A DNA stretch of 64,000 nucleotides from assembly GCA_963851265.1 (NCBI GenBank), contig CAWKNZ010000008.1, positions 128,001-192,000 of the forward strand, given 5' to 3'. The notes beneath the pieces were generated by a model, which was given only the letters and a program-made list of their open reading frames with translations, was not told where the DNA came from and did not search any database. Source of the stretch: an uncultured Gemmatimonadales bacterium. GTDB taxonomy: Bacteria; Gemmatimonadota; Gemmatimonadetes; Gemmatimonadales; Gemmatimonadaceae. A program made the translations under genes and the position numbers. Below, one piece after another: positions 50,916 to 61,106 of this stretch. The first letter of the stretch is position 1; each line of letters starts with the position of its first letter.

Positions 50916-52384
50916 GGTGTGACCGGGACGGGGGTGTGCGTGAACTGCTCGCGCCGCGCGGCGAGCTCGCCGCTCATGCGGAACTCGGTCGCGCGGTCGA
51001 TCCTGTAGAACAGCAGGCAGAGCCCGCTCACGAGGAAGCCGAGCGCGGGGAAGAGGCTCACCGACAGGCGGATGCCGTCGAGCGCGTGGGCGCTCTGCGC
51101 GACGTTGGGCACGTAGCCGTAAGCCGACAGCACGTAGCCGCCGATCGCGCCGCCGACGCCGAGGCCCGCCTTGAGCGCGAAGACGATCGCGGAGAACACC
51201 ACGCCCGTCGCGCGGCGGTGGTTCTTCCACTCCGAGTAGTCGGCCACGTCGCCCATCATCGCCCAGAGCAGCGGGATGGTGAAGCCGTACGCGAACTGCC
51301 GCACCATCTCGGCCGCCATGATCGCGGGCACCGCCGTCGCCGGCAGCAGCGCGAACACCGCCGTGCACGCCGCCGTCGCGTACAGCCCGTACATGAACAG
51401 GTTGCGCTTGCCGAGGCGCACGGCGAGCGAGCGCGAGAGCAGCACGCCGACGATCGTCGACCCGGTGCCGAGCCCGTTGAAGAGGCTGAACAGGTCCTCG
51501 CGCCCGACGAGGTACTTGAAGTAGTAGAGCATCACGCCGCCGCGCAGCGCGAGCGTCACGAAGAGCACGAGCGTGAGCGCGAACATCGCGAGCCAGGGCC
51601 GGTTGCGCGTGAGGTCGCCGAAGTCCTGGCCGATCGTCGAGTGCTGGCCGGGCGCGGGACGGACGCGCTCCTTCGTCGTCGCGAAGGTGACGACGAAGAA
51701 CACGACGGCGAGCGCGCCGAACGTCGCCATCGTCAGCTGGTAACCCCGCGCGTTGTTGCCGCCGCCGAACGCGTGCACCATCGGCAGCGCGGCCGTCTGG
51801 ATGACGAACTGCGACAGCATCGCGAGCACGAAGCGGTACTGCGACAGGCTGGTGCGCTCGGCCATGTCCCCCGTCATCACGCCGCTCAGCGCGGAGTACG
51901 GCAGGTTGTTGGCGGAGTAGACCATCATCAGGCCGATGTAGGTCACGTACGCGTACGCCAGCTTGCCCGACGCGCCGAAGCTCGGCGTGGTGAAGGTGAG
52001 CACGGCCATAATCCCGTACGGGACCGCCGTCCACAGCACCCACGGGCGGAACTTGCCCCACCGCGTCTCGGTGCGGTCGGCCACCACGCCCATCATCGGG
52101 TCGAACACCGCGTCGAACACGCGGACGACGAGGAAGAGCGTGCCCGCCGCGACCGCGGTGATGCCGAACGTGTCGGTGTAGAAGGCGAGCTGGAAGATCA
52201 CCATCGTCTGGAAGACGAAGCCCGCGGCCGCGTCGCCCAGCCCGTAGCCGACCTTCTCCACCACGCTCAGTCGCTCGACCGGCGCGGTCGACCGCGACGC
52301 GACGGCCGCCGCCGGATCGCCCGTCGCGCCCGCCGCGGGGTTCAACGTCGCGCCGGCTCCGGCGCGTACGCTCGCGCCGCTCAC
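50912..52384 (-). CDS. GPH/MFS glycoside-pentoside:cation symporter
   Basis: EKVGYGLGD, DAVFDPMMG, RWGKFRPW, NLPYSAL, DVADYSEWK. Confidence 0.9.
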   Translation of the reverse strand: MSGASVRAGAGATLNPAAGATGDPAAAVASRSTAPVERLSVVEKVGYGLGDAAAGFVFQTMVIFQLAFYTDTFGITAVAAGTLFLVVRVFDAVFDPMMGVVADRTETRWGKFRPWVLWTAVPYGIMAVLTFTTPSFGASGKLAYAYVTYIGLMMVYSANNLPYSALSGVMTGDMAERTSLSQYRFVLAMLSQFVIQTAALPMVHAFGGGNNARGYQLTMATFGALAVVFFVVTFATTKERVRPAPGQHSTIGQDFGDLTRNRPWLAMFALTLVLFVTLALRGGVMLYYFKYLVGREDLFSLFNGLGTGSTIVGVLLSRSLAVRLGKRNLFMYGLYATAACTAVFALLPATAVPAIMAAEMVRQFAYGFTIPLLWAMMGDVADYSEWKNHRRATGVVFSAIVFALKAGLGVGGAIGGYVLSAYGYVPNVAQSAHALDGIRLSVSLFPALGFLVSGLCLLFYRIDRATEFRMSGELAARREQFTHTPVPVTP

Positions 52385-54750
52385 GGCGTCACCGTGAGCG
52401 TCAGGGTGGCCAGGTCCTCGTCGCGCGACGACGTGCCGACCATGATCGAGAACTCGCCCGGCTCGACGACGTACCGCATGTCGAGGTCGTGGAAGGCGAG
52501 CGCGTCGCGGCCGACGTCGAGCGCGACGGTCGTCGACTCGCCGGGCGCGAGCCACACCTTGCGGAACGCCTTCAGCTCCTTGACCGGCCGCGTCACGGAG
52601 CTGACCCGGTCGCGCACGTAGAGCTGCACGACCTCGGTACCAGCGCGCTTGCCGGTGTTGGTCACGGTCGCGAGCACGCGCGTCGCGCCGTCGCGGCCGA
52701 TGGACGCCTGCTCGAGCCGCACGTCGCGCACCGCGAACGTCGTGTAGCTCAGCCCGTAGCCGAACGCGTAGAGCGGCGAGGCGTCGGCCCACAGATACCC
52801 GCGCCTCGCCGACGGCTTGTGGTTGTAGTACGCGGGGATGTGACCCACGGACCGCGGCACCGAGATCGGCAGCTTCCCCCCGGGCGTGTGGTCGCCGAAC
52901 AGCACCTCGGCCACCGCGCGCCCGCACTCCTGGCCGAGGTACCAGCACTCCAGGATCGCGGGGACCTCCGCGTCGAGGTCCGTCACCGAGAGCGGCCGGC
53001 CGTTGAACAGCAGCGCGACGACGGGCCTCCCCGTGCCCAACATCGCGCGCACGAGTTCGTCCTGCCGGCCGACGAGGTCGAGCGTCGTGAGGTCGCCCAT
53101 GTGCGCGCGCGACCACGCCTCGCGCGACGTCTGCTCGTTGCCGCCGATGGCGAGCACGATCACGTCGGCGTCCTTCGCGACCTCGACGGCCTCGGCGATC
53201 TGCCGGCGGTCCTCGTCGGCGTCGGGCTGTTCGACCGGGTCCTCGTACCACGTGCCGCCGCGCGTGATCTTGCACCCCTCGGCCGTGACCACGCGCACCC
53301 CGTCGCCGAGGCGCGCGCGGATCCCTTCCAGCACCGTGACGTTGTACTTCGGCACGCCGCTGTAGCCGCCCAACAGCGCGCGGTCCGCGTTGGGCCCGAT
53401 CACGGCGACCGTCTTCAGCCCCGACGGGTCGAGCGGCAGCAGCCCGCCCTCGTTCTTGAGCAGCGTGATCGTCTCGCGCGCCGCCCGCAGGGCCAGCTCG
53501 CGGTTCGCGTCCGACGCCACGGTGCGCTCCGCCACCTCCGGGTCGACGTACGGGTCGTCGAACAGGCCTAACTGGAACTTGGCCGCGAGCATCGGCGCGA
53601 CGAGCGCGTCGAGGTCGGACTCGGCGAGCGTGCCGTCGCGCACGAGGTCGAGCAGGTGCGCGTAGCAGTCCGGCTCGGGCAGCTCGATGTTGACGCCCGC
53701 GCGCACGGCGAGCGCGCACGCCTCGCGCTTGTCGGCGGCCACGTGGTGCCCGTGCGTGTCGGGGCGGTCGTGCAGCTCCCAGATCGCGTAGTAGTCCGAG
53801 ACGACGAAGCCGCGGAAGCCCCAGTCGCGGCGCAGCACGTCGCGCAGCAGCCAGCGGTTGGCGTGCGAGGGCACGCCGTCGACCTCGTTGTACGAGGCCA
53901 TCACGCTCGCCGCGCCCGCCTCCTGCACGGCGGCCTTGAACGGCGGCAGGAACACCTCGTACAGCTCGCGCATCGACACGTTCACCGGCGCGCAGTTCTG
54001 CCCGCCCTCCGGCTGCCCGTGCGCGACGAAGTGCTTGAGCGTCGCGAGCACGCGCTTCTTGTCGGCGTACGTGTTGTCGCCCTGGAAGCCGCGCACGGCC
54101 GCGACGCCCAGCCGCGAGACGAGGTAGGGGTCCTCGCCGAAGGTCTCCTCGACGCGCCCCCAGCGCGGGTCGCGCGCCACGTCCACCACCGGCGTCAGCG
54201 CCTGGTGCGTGCCGCGCGACCGCGCCTCCTCGGCGACCATCGCGTACAGCGCCTCGACGAGGGCGGGGTCGAAGGTCGCCGCGAGCGCGATCGGCTGCCC
54301 GAAACTCGTGGCGTCGATCGCGGCCTGCCCGTGCAGGCACTCCTCGTGGAAGATCACCGGGATGCCTAACCGGCTCTCCTCGAGGAAGAAGCGCTGGATC
54401 GCGTTGGTCAGCTCCGCCTGCTCGCGCGCGTTGCGCCCCTTGTGGACCTGGATCCCGCCGCCCCCCGACCCGCTCCCGCCCGCGTCGCTCGGCCGCCCGA
54501 CCTGGCCCAGCCCGTGCCCGTCCTTGAACGCGGCGCGGGCCTTCTCGAGGTCGAACTGCCCGTCGTCGCCGACGAGCATCTGCGTCTTCAGCTGCCACAC
54601 GCCGACCATCTGCGCCGCCTTCTCCTCCAGCGTCATCCGCGCGAGGAGGTCGGCGACGCGTGCGTCGACGGAGCGCGAGGGGTCACGGTACGGCGGCGCG
54701 GCGGTCACCCCGCCGCCCGCGCGCGGGCCCGATTCGGACAGGATGGTCAT
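52381..54750 (-). CDS. GH3 beta-xylosidase/beta-glucosidase
   Basis: MTLEEKAAQ, HEECLHG, RDPRWGRVEETFGEDP, KHF, SDY; Fn3-like C-terminus. Confidence 0.93.
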   Translation of the reverse strand: MTILSESGPRAGGGVTAAPPYRDPSRSVDARVADLLARMTLEEKAAQMVGVWQLKTQMLVGDDGQFDLEKARAAFKDGHGLGQVGRPSDAGGSGSGGGGIQVHKGRNAREQAELTNAIQRFFLEESRLGIPVIFHEECLHGQAAIDATSFGQPIALAATFDPALVEALYAMVAEEARSRGTHQALTPVVDVARDPRWGRVEETFGEDPYLVSRLGVAAVRGFQGDNTYADKKRVLATLKHFVAHGQPEGGQNCAPVNVSMRELYEVFLPPFKAAVQEAGAASVMASYNEVDGVPSHANRWLLRDVLRRDWGFRGFVVSDYYAIWELHDRPDTHGHHVAADKREACALAVRAGVNIELPEPDCYAHLLDLVRDGTLAESDLDALVAPMLAAKFQLGLFDDPYVDPEVAERTVASDANRELALRAARETITLLKNEGGLLPLDPSGLKTVAVIGPNADRALLGGYSGVPKYNVTVLEGIRARLGDGVRVVTAEGCKITRGGTWYEDPVEQPDADEDRRQIAEAVEVAKDADVIVLAIGGNEQTSREAWSRAHMGDLTTLDLVGRQDELVRAMLGTGRPVVALLFNGRPLSVTDLDAEVPAILECWYLGQECGRAVAEVLFGDHTPGGKLPISVPRSVGHIPAYYNHKPSARRGYLWADASPLYAFGYGLSYTTFAVRDVRLEQASIGRDGATRVLATVTNTGKRAGTEVVQLYVRDRVSSVTRPVKELKAFRKVWLAPGESTTVALDVGRDALAFHDLDMRYVVEPGEFSIMVGTSSRDEDLATLTLTVTP

Positions 54751-54756
54751 CGCGTG

Positions 54757-56031
54757 CTACGGAGCCTGAGGGGTGAACAGCGCGAGGTCGATCGCGTCGG
54801 CCATGACGCGGTAGCCGGCCTCGTTGGGGTGCAGGTGGTCGCCGCCGTCGACCTCCGGCCGGAGCCGCTCCGGCCGCGCCGGGTCGCGCATGGCGGCGTC
54901 GAAGTCTATGACGGCGTCGAACGCGCGGCCGGTCCGGATCCAGGCGTTCACGGTCTGGCGCGCGCGCTCGTGGTCCGGCGTGTCGTACGCCGCGCCGCCG
55001 AACGGGAGCACGGTCGCGCCGTAGACGCGGAACCCGCGGTCGTGTGCTCGCGCGATCATCCGCCGGTACGCGGCGACGAGCGCGGCGGCCACCGAGTCCG
55101 ACGCGCCGGCCGTGCGCGCGCCGCCGATGTCGTTGACCCCCTCGCTCACGACCAGCCAGCGGGCCCCGGCCTGCGCGAGCACGTCACGGTCGAAGCGGTC
55201 GACCGCCGCGGGCCCGAGGCAGGCCCGCAGCACGCAGTTGCCGCCGATGCCCTGGTTGAGCACGGCGACCGGCGCCGTGCGCGAGTCGCCCTGCAGGCGG
55301 CGCGCGAGGTCGTCGGGCCAGCGGTTCTGCCGGTCCGTCCCCGAGCCACGGCCGTCGGCGATCGAGTTGCCGAGCACGACGACCGCCGCCCCGCCCGGGC
55401 GCGCGACGTCCACGCCCGAGACCAGGTACCAGTGCTCGACACGCGCGGCGGCGGGGAGGGAGTCGGCGGCGACCACGTCCCCGGCCTGCAGGTACGACGT
55501 CGTGCGCGAGCCCGGGTGCCCCGTCACCGCGGCCGGCGCGTCCGCGACGTGCACCGACAGCGCGAGGTCCGTCACGGGCGCGACGTCGTACGCGACGGCG
55601 TCCGACACGGCCGCGCCGCCGGCCGGGATGGTGATCCCCGGCCGGCCGGCGAAGGTGAGCGCCCGGTCGCTCCCGGTCGCGATCGCGCCGCCCCCGCGCG
55701 AGCGCGCGACGTGGGCCGCCGTGATCGTGAGCGGCCCGTCGCCGAACGCGTTGGACAGCCGCAGGCGGAGGCGCGAGCCGCCGAGCGAGACGTGGACGAT
55801 CTGCCGCAGGGTGCTGCCGGCGAGGCCGGGCGCGGGTGGCAGGTTGCGCGGTTCGGTGAGCTGCGGCGCGGCGGCCCAGGTGCCGACCCAGGTGAGAGCG
55901 CCCGCCGGCGGCGCGGCGGGCGCCGGCCGCGCCCGGCCCGCGCACGCCGCGACGCCGCCTAACGAAGCCGCGCCGAGCGCGCGCACGCCCACCGCGCGCG
56001 CGCGGGCGCGCCGCGGAACGCCGCCCGTCAC
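54757..56031 (-). CDS. SGNH/GDSL hydrolase (probable carbohydrate esterase), lipoprotein
   Basis: WVGTW, LGNSIADG, NQGIGGN, EGVNDI, DHLHPN. Confidence 0.85.
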   Translation of the reverse strand: MTGGVPRRARARAVGVRALGAASLGGVAACAGRARPAPAAPPAGALTWVGTWAAAPQLTEPRNLPPAPGLAGSTLRQIVHVSLGGSRLRLRLSNAFGDGPLTITAAHVARSRGGGAIATGSDRALTFAGRPGITIPAGGAAVSDAVAYDVAPVTDLALSVHVADAPAAVTGHPGSRTTSYLQAGDVVAADSLPAAARVEHWYLVSGVDVARPGGAAVVVLGNSIADGRGSGTDRQNRWPDDLARRLQGDSRTAPVAVLNQGIGGNCVLRACLGPAAVDRFDRDVLAQAGARWLVVSEGVNDIGGARTAGASDSVAAALVAAYRRMIARAHDRGFRVYGATVLPFGGAAYDTPDHERARQTVNAWIRTGRAFDAVIDFDAAMRDPARPERLRPEVDGGDHLHPNEAGYRVMADAIDLALFTPQAP

Positions 56032-56035
56032 GCGC

Positions 56036-57727
56036 TCAGTAGCCCGGGTTCTGCGGGAACGCGCCAGCGCCCCCGGTGGTGCGGTCGATCTGCTCCTGCG
56101 GGATCGGGCGCAGCGCGTGGTACGCCTTGACGTTCGGCGCGGCCGTCGGGTTGTACGCCTGGATCCGACTGAGGAAGTAGTTCTTGCCGCCCGCGTTGGT
56201 GAGGCGGGCCAGGGTGTACCAGCGCATCTCCTCCCCGGCCAGCTCGCGCTCGCGCTCGTCGAGCAGGAAGTCGATCGGCGAGCTGCCGAGCGACGCGAGC
56301 TCGGCGGTCGAGAGGTCGTTGACCTGCCCGGCTCTGGCCGCGCGTCGGCGCAGCACGTTGAAGTCCGGGATCGCCGCGCTCACGTTGCCGTTGCGGATGT
56401 TCGCCTCGGCGCGCATCAGGTACGCGTCGGCCAGGCGCCACACGAAGCGGTCGCGCCCGCCGACGATGCTCTGCACGCCGTTGCGCGTCTGGTCGAGCCA
56501 CTTGCGCAGCGTCGGGAACCGGTCGGCGGTGTAGTCGTTCTCCCCGAACGCCTTGTACCGCTTGCCCGTGAGGTATTGCGGGGGGACGGTGGCCGTGCCG
56601 GGGAGGAAGATCGCGGTGTCGCGCACCCCCGACGACGACGCCCACATCGTCTGGAAGCTCGCGTCGTAGCGCGAGTCGGTGGTGCGGTTCCACAGGTCGA
56701 GCAGGTGCCGCGTGGGCCGCAGCCGGCGGTACGGGCGGCCGTACTCCAGGGTGCGCGCGAGGCTGGGCCCGCCCTGGATGTCGTATCCCATCGTGTAGAA
56801 CAGGTGCAGCTGGTCGCCGTACTGGTCCGTGACCCCGTCGCCGTTGAACTGCACCGCCCAGACGAACTCCTTGTTCGTCTCGTTGGCGGGGTTGAAGTCG
56901 CAGGCCGAGATCACCACGCCGCTCACCCCGTCGGTGCGGTCGGGACCGCAGAACAGCGAGCGGAAGTCGGCGTTGAGGGTGAACGCCCCCGAGCCGATCA
57001 CGGCGGTGGTGAGCGCGACCGCCTGGTCGAGGTCGCCGGGGGCGCCGCGCGTCAGGTACACCTCCGCCAGCAGCATCTGGGCGGCGTACTTGGTGGCGCG
57101 CCCGACCTGCGACGCGGTGGTCGGCAGGTTGGCGACCGCGTACTGCAGGTCGGGGAGGACGAGGTTGGCGTAGACGTCCGCGGCCGGCGTGCGCGAGGCC
57201 GTGGTCGTCGGCGCCGTGGTCGGCGCGGTGTCGACCGCGACCGCGCCGTAGGTGCGCACGAGGTCGTGGTAGTACAGCGCGCGGAGGAAGCGCGCCTCGG
57301 CCGTGCGCGCCGCCCTGTCGGTGCTCGACAGCGGCGCCTGGGCGACGGCGGCGATGGCCGTGTTCGCGGTGTTCACGCCCGCGTACCAGGCCGCCCAGGT
57401 GTCGCGGTTCGTCGTGACGCTCATGTTCGCCGAGAGCACCGCGGAGTAGTCGCCGAACCCGGTGTTGTCGGTGGTGCCGTTGCCGCGGTCCCAGCTGTCG
57501 GTCCCGAGCTGCCCGAGCGAGATCTCGGGCTCGCGCCCGTAGAAGTTGCGCAGGTTGGAGTACGCGGCGGTCACGGCGGAGTTGGCGCCGTCGACGGTCT
57601 GGTAGTACTGGCCCGTCACGCCGGTGACCGGAACCTCCTTCAGGTCGGAGCAGCCGGCGCCGAGCAGGGCGCCGCCGAGGGCGAGGCCCGAGGTGGCGAG
57701 GGCGCGGACCGCGGTCGTGGTCGTCAT
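56036..57727 (-). CDS. SusD/RagB-family outer-membrane lipoprotein
   Basis: GAGC lipobox, AEARFLRALYY, RLADAYLMRAEA, LDERERELAGE..RW, PIPQEQID, QNPGY. Confidence 0.93.
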   Translation of the reverse strand: MTTTTAVRALATSGLALGGALLGAGCSDLKEVPVTGVTGQYYQTVDGANSAVTAAYSNLRNFYGREPEISLGQLGTDSWDRGNGTTDNTGFGDYSAVLSANMSVTTNRDTWAAWYAGVNTANTAIAAVAQAPLSSTDRAARTAEARFLRALYYHDLVRTYGAVAVDTAPTTAPTTTASRTPAADVYANLVLPDLQYAVANLPTTASQVGRATKYAAQMLLAEVYLTRGAPGDLDQAVALTTAVIGSGAFTLNADFRSLFCGPDRTDGVSGVVISACDFNPANETNKEFVWAVQFNGDGVTDQYGDQLHLFYTMGYDIQGGPSLARTLEYGRPYRRLRPTRHLLDLWNRTTDSRYDASFQTMWASSSGVRDTAIFLPGTATVPPQYLTGKRYKAFGENDYTADRFPTLRKWLDQTRNGVQSIVGGRDRFVWRLADAYLMRAEANIRNGNVSAAIPDFNVLRRRAARAGQVNDLSTAELASLGSSPIDFLLDERERELAGEEMRWYTLARLTNAGGKNYFLSRIQAYNPTAAPNVKAYHALRPIPQEQIDRTTGGAGAFPQNPGY

Positions 57728-57759
57728 CGGAAGTCTGTACCTCACGGGTGCGGTCCGGG

Positions 57760-60700
57760 TCAAAAGCCGAGGTCGAGGCCGAACAGGAACGTGCGGAACG
57801 CCGGGCCGCCGACGTCGAGCTGCGACGCCTGGCTGTTGCCGTTGTAGCCGGCGCCGCTCGGACCGCCGTTGAAGCCGGATTCGGGGTCCCAGCCGCGGAA
57901 CTTCGTGAAGATGAACGGGTCCTGGACCCGCCCGTAGAGGCGCGCCCGCGTGACGCCCGCTCGGCCGAACACGGCGGCCGGCATGGTGTAGCCGAGCGTG
58001 ATGTCGCGGACGCGCCAGTTGGAGGCGTCCTGCAGCGCCATCGCCGAGGCGTAGTTGCCGATGCCGTTGACGTTAGGCCGCGGGAAGTCGTTGCTCGGGT
58101 TCTCGGGCGTCCAGTAGTTGACGTTCAGGTTGTTGAACCGGCCCGCGAGGTTGTTGTACGCCGAGAGGAACGGGCTGTACACCGTGTAGCCGGCGCGCGC
58201 CGTGACCAGCACCGAGGCGTCGAGGCGGCGGAAGCGGAAGCGGTTGTTGAGGCTCCCCTGGAACTTCGGGAAGTTGAACGCGTTGCCGACGAACGTGCGG
58301 TCGTTGCCGTCGATCTTGCCGTCGCCGTTGATGTCGGCCACGCGGATGTCGCCGGGCTTGAAGCCGTACGACCGCGCGAGCGCCGAGTCGGCGGTCTGCC
58401 AGATCCCGACGAACTTGTAGTTGTAGTTGACGTTGATCGGCTGGCCGACGAACCGCGCGTTGGCGACGTCGGAGAGCGCGCCGCCGGCGAGGGCGACGAT
58501 GCGGTTGCTGTTGTGCGAGACGTTGACGTCGGTCGTCCACCCGAGCCCGCGCCGTCCGCCCTGGTCGCCGCGCAGGTTGACCGTCGAGACCGACAGCTCG
58601 ACGCCGGCGTTGCGCGTGGCGCCGACGTTCTGCAGGAAGCTGCCGTAGCCGGTGGTGTACGGCAGCGCCCGCGTGAGGAGCAGGTTGTTGGTGTTCTCGT
58701 GGTAGACGTCGACCGCGCCGCTGATGCGCTGGTCGAACACGCCGAAGTCGAGGCCGAGGTCGAATTTGTCGGTGGTCTCCCACTTCAGGTCCGGGTTGGG
58801 GATCGACCCGGGCCCGTAGCCGAGCACCGCCGGCGCCGAGCTGCCGTAGGTGTACCAGGCGGTGGCGAGCTGGCCTAACGTCTGGTACGGGCCGACGGCG
58901 GCGTTGCCGACGCGGCCGTAGCTCGCGCGCAGCTTCAGCTCGCTCAGCGCGGTGATGCCCTTGAAGAACGGCTCGTCGCCCAGCTGCCAGCCGAACGCGG
59001 CGGCCGGGAAGAACTCGTACTTCTTGCCCGGCGACAGCACGCTCGAGCCGTCCACGCGCCCGACGAGGTTGAGCGTGTAGCGGTCGTGGAACGTGTAGAC
59101 CGCGCGCGCCATGTACGACTGGAGCGTGTACTGCGAGAGCCGGCTGTTCAGGTTGTAGTTCTGCCCCGAGCCGAGGTTGTACCAGAGCTGCGACGGGTAG
59201 GGCAGGTTGGTCGCGTAGGTGCTGTCGAACGACGTGCGGAACTGGGCCAGCTCGTAGAGCAGCGTGCCCTGGAGGTGGTTCCCGGCGCCGAGCTGGCGGT
59301 CGTACGAGAGGTAGTTGCTGAACGTGTAGTTCGAGTTGCGCGCGTTGTCCTGCCCGGCCTCGGGCTGCACCGCGCCGCGGTTGAAGGCCGTGTTGGTGCC
59401 GACGAAGTAGCCGTCCTCGCTCAGCGTGAACTGCGGGCCGAACACCGAGTTGAAGCGCAGGCCCGGCGCGAGCGCCACCGCCGCGTTCAGCGTGCCGAGC
59501 ACGTTGGTGCGGCGGATGGTGTGGACGTTGTTCAGCGCGTTGAGCACCGGGTTGACGCGCAGCGCGTCGGCGGTGGGGAGCAGCTGCAGCTGACCGGTCG
59601 TGTCGTAGGGCGCGCCGAGCGGGCTGTTGTAGAGCGCCTCGTTCCAGATGTTCATGCCGGCGCCGCCGTCGCGCAGGCTCTGGTTGACGAGGGCGCTGGC
59701 CTGGATGTTCACGCGGCCCAGGTCGTGGGTCACGCTGAGCGTCCCCGACTTCTGGCCGTACCCCTGCGTGATCGCGACGCCGTTCTGCCCCACGTAGTTG
59801 AAGCTGGCGCGGAAGCGCGTGTTCTCGCCCCCGCCCGCGGCCGCGAACTCGTAGTTCTGCAGGTTGCCCGTGCGCGAGACCATCTTCTGCCAGTCGGTGT
59901 TGACGCCGCCGGCGAGTCCGGCCCGCATCTGCGGGTCGAGCGCGACGAGGTCGCAGGCCGCCGTGACCGAGGCGCTCGCCGTCGGGCTCCAGGTCGCACA
60001 CGCGCCCGCCGCCGTGCCCCCGGCCGCGCGGTACGACTCGCGCCGGAAGTTGGCGAACTGCGTGCCGTTCATCATGTCGACCTCGCGCGACAGGGCCGAC
60101 GCGCCGGCGGTCGTGTTGACCGTGTACTCCGTGCGCCCGGCGCGGCCGCGCTTGGTCGTGATGAGCAGCACGCCGTTGGCGCCGCGGCTGCCGTAGACCG
60201 CGGTGGCCGCCGCATCCTTGAGCACGTCGATGCGCTCGATGCTGTTCTGGTCGACGTCGCGCAGGTCCCCGGTGATCGGCACGCCGTCCACCACGAACAG
60301 CGGGTTGTTGTTCGCCGTGATCGAGCGCGCGCCGCGGATCTGGATGGTCGTCGCGGCGCCGGGCTCGAAGCTCGACGACGTCACGTCGACGCCGGGCAGG
60401 CGCCCCTTGAGCGCGTCGGCCGGGTTGGTCGTGGTGATCTGCGTGATGTCGGCGGCCCGGATGCTCGACACGGCGCCGGTGACCTCGCGCCGGGTCTGCG
60501 TGCCGTAGCCCACGGCCACCACCCCCGAGAGCTGCACCGCCTGCGCGGTGAGCTGGACGTTGAGCGACACCGCCTGCCCCGCGACCACGGTCACGGCCAG
60601 CGTGGTCGGCGCGAAGCCGATGCGCTGGGCCCGCACCTGCTGCGGGCCGGCAGGCACGTTGTTGAGCGTGAACCGGCCGTCGGGTCCGGTCGCGGCCCGC

Positions 60701-60849
60701 ACCGCCGTGCCGACCACGCTCAGGTTGACACCGGCCACCGGCTGCGAGCCGGGGCTCACGGTCACGATGCCCGTGACACGTCCCGTTTGCGCCCGCGCCG
60801 TGCCGGCCGCAGCGACGAGAAGTGCAGGGACGATCACCGCGCGTTGCAT
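57760..60849 (-). CDS. SusC/RagA TonB-dependent receptor
   Basis: VAVGYGTQ, PLFVVDG, LKDAAATAVYGSRGANGVLLITTKRG, NPDLKWE; terminal Phe. Confidence 0.95.
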   Translation of the reverse strand: MQRAVIVPALLVAAAGTARAQTGRVTGIVTVSPGSQPVAGVNLSVVGTAVRAATGPDGRFTLNNVPAGPQQVRAQRIGFAPTTLAVTVVAGQAVSLNVQLTAQAVQLSGVVAVGYGTQTRREVTGAVSSIRAADITQITTTNPADALKGRLPGVDVTSSSFEPGAATTIQIRGARSITANNNPLFVVDGVPITGDLRDVDQNSIERIDVLKDAAATAVYGSRGANGVLLITTKRGRAGRTEYTVNTTAGASALSREVDMMNGTQFANFRRESYRAAGGTAAGACATWSPTASASVTAACDLVALDPQMRAGLAGGVNTDWQKMVSRTGNLQNYEFAAAGGGENTRFRASFNYVGQNGVAITQGYGQKSGTLSVTHDLGRVNIQASALVNQSLRDGGAGMNIWNEALYNSPLGAPYDTTGQLQLLPTADALRVNPVLNALNNVHTIRRTNVLGTLNAAVALAPGLRFNSVFGPQFTLSEDGYFVGTNTAFNRGAVQPEAGQDNARNSNYTFSNYLSYDRQLGAGNHLQGTLLYELAQFRTSFDSTYATNLPYPSQLWYNLGSGQNYNLNSRLSQYTLQSYMARAVYTFHDRYTLNLVGRVDGSSVLSPGKKYEFFPAAAFGWQLGDEPFFKGITALSELKLRASYGRVGNAAVGPYQTLGQLATAWYTYGSSAPAVLGYGPGSIPNPDLKWETTDKFDLGLDFGVFDQRISGAVDVYHENTNNLLLTRALPYTTGYGSFLQNVGATRNAGVELSVSTVNLRGDQGGRRGLGWTTDVNVSHNSNRIVALAGGALSDVANARFVGQPINVNYNYKFVGIWQTADSALARSYGFKPGDIRVADINGDGKIDGNDRTFVGNAFNFPKFQGSLNNRFRFRRLDASVLVTARAGYTVYSPFLSAYNNLAGRFNNLNVNYWTPENPSNDFPRPNVNGIGNYASAMALQDASNWRVRDITLGYTMPAAVFGRAGVTRARLYGRVQDPFIFTKFRGWDPESGFNGGPSGAGYNGNSQASQLDVGGPAFRTFLFGLDLGF

Positions 60850-60999
60850 TCAGCCAACCCTCGGGTGCGGGCGTGAAGGAGCGGCCGGGTCGACGATGCG
60901 CGGGGGACCGCGGTCGCACGAGGCCGCATGGACGTGACGCGGACACGGGAGCGTGGTGTCCGGCCGGCGGGCACCGACCCTCGCGCCGGCGCGAGCAGT

Positions 61000-61054
61000 C
61001 AAGTGACCTTATGACTTGGCTGCCCGATGCTAATGCCGGGACCGGCCGTGTCAA
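61000..61054 (-). promoter_or_regulatory. Sigma70-type promoter and palindromic operator upstream of susC
   Basis: TTGACA (61054-61049), 16 nt, TAGCAT (61032-61027); imperfect palindrome CAAGTGACCTTATGACTTG at 61000-61018 just downstream. Confidence 0.65.
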
Positions 61055-61106
61055 GAGGCGTCACGAACCGGTACGACGCGGTTCGAGTCCCCGCGATCCG
61101 TTCGGC

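Noticed and set aside
49710..54598. Apparent 1228-aa MFS and 783-aa GH10 fusion proteins
   Set aside because: The N-terminal extensions are off-frame readings of upstream genes; GTGA overlaps at 52384 and 50915 give normal sizes.
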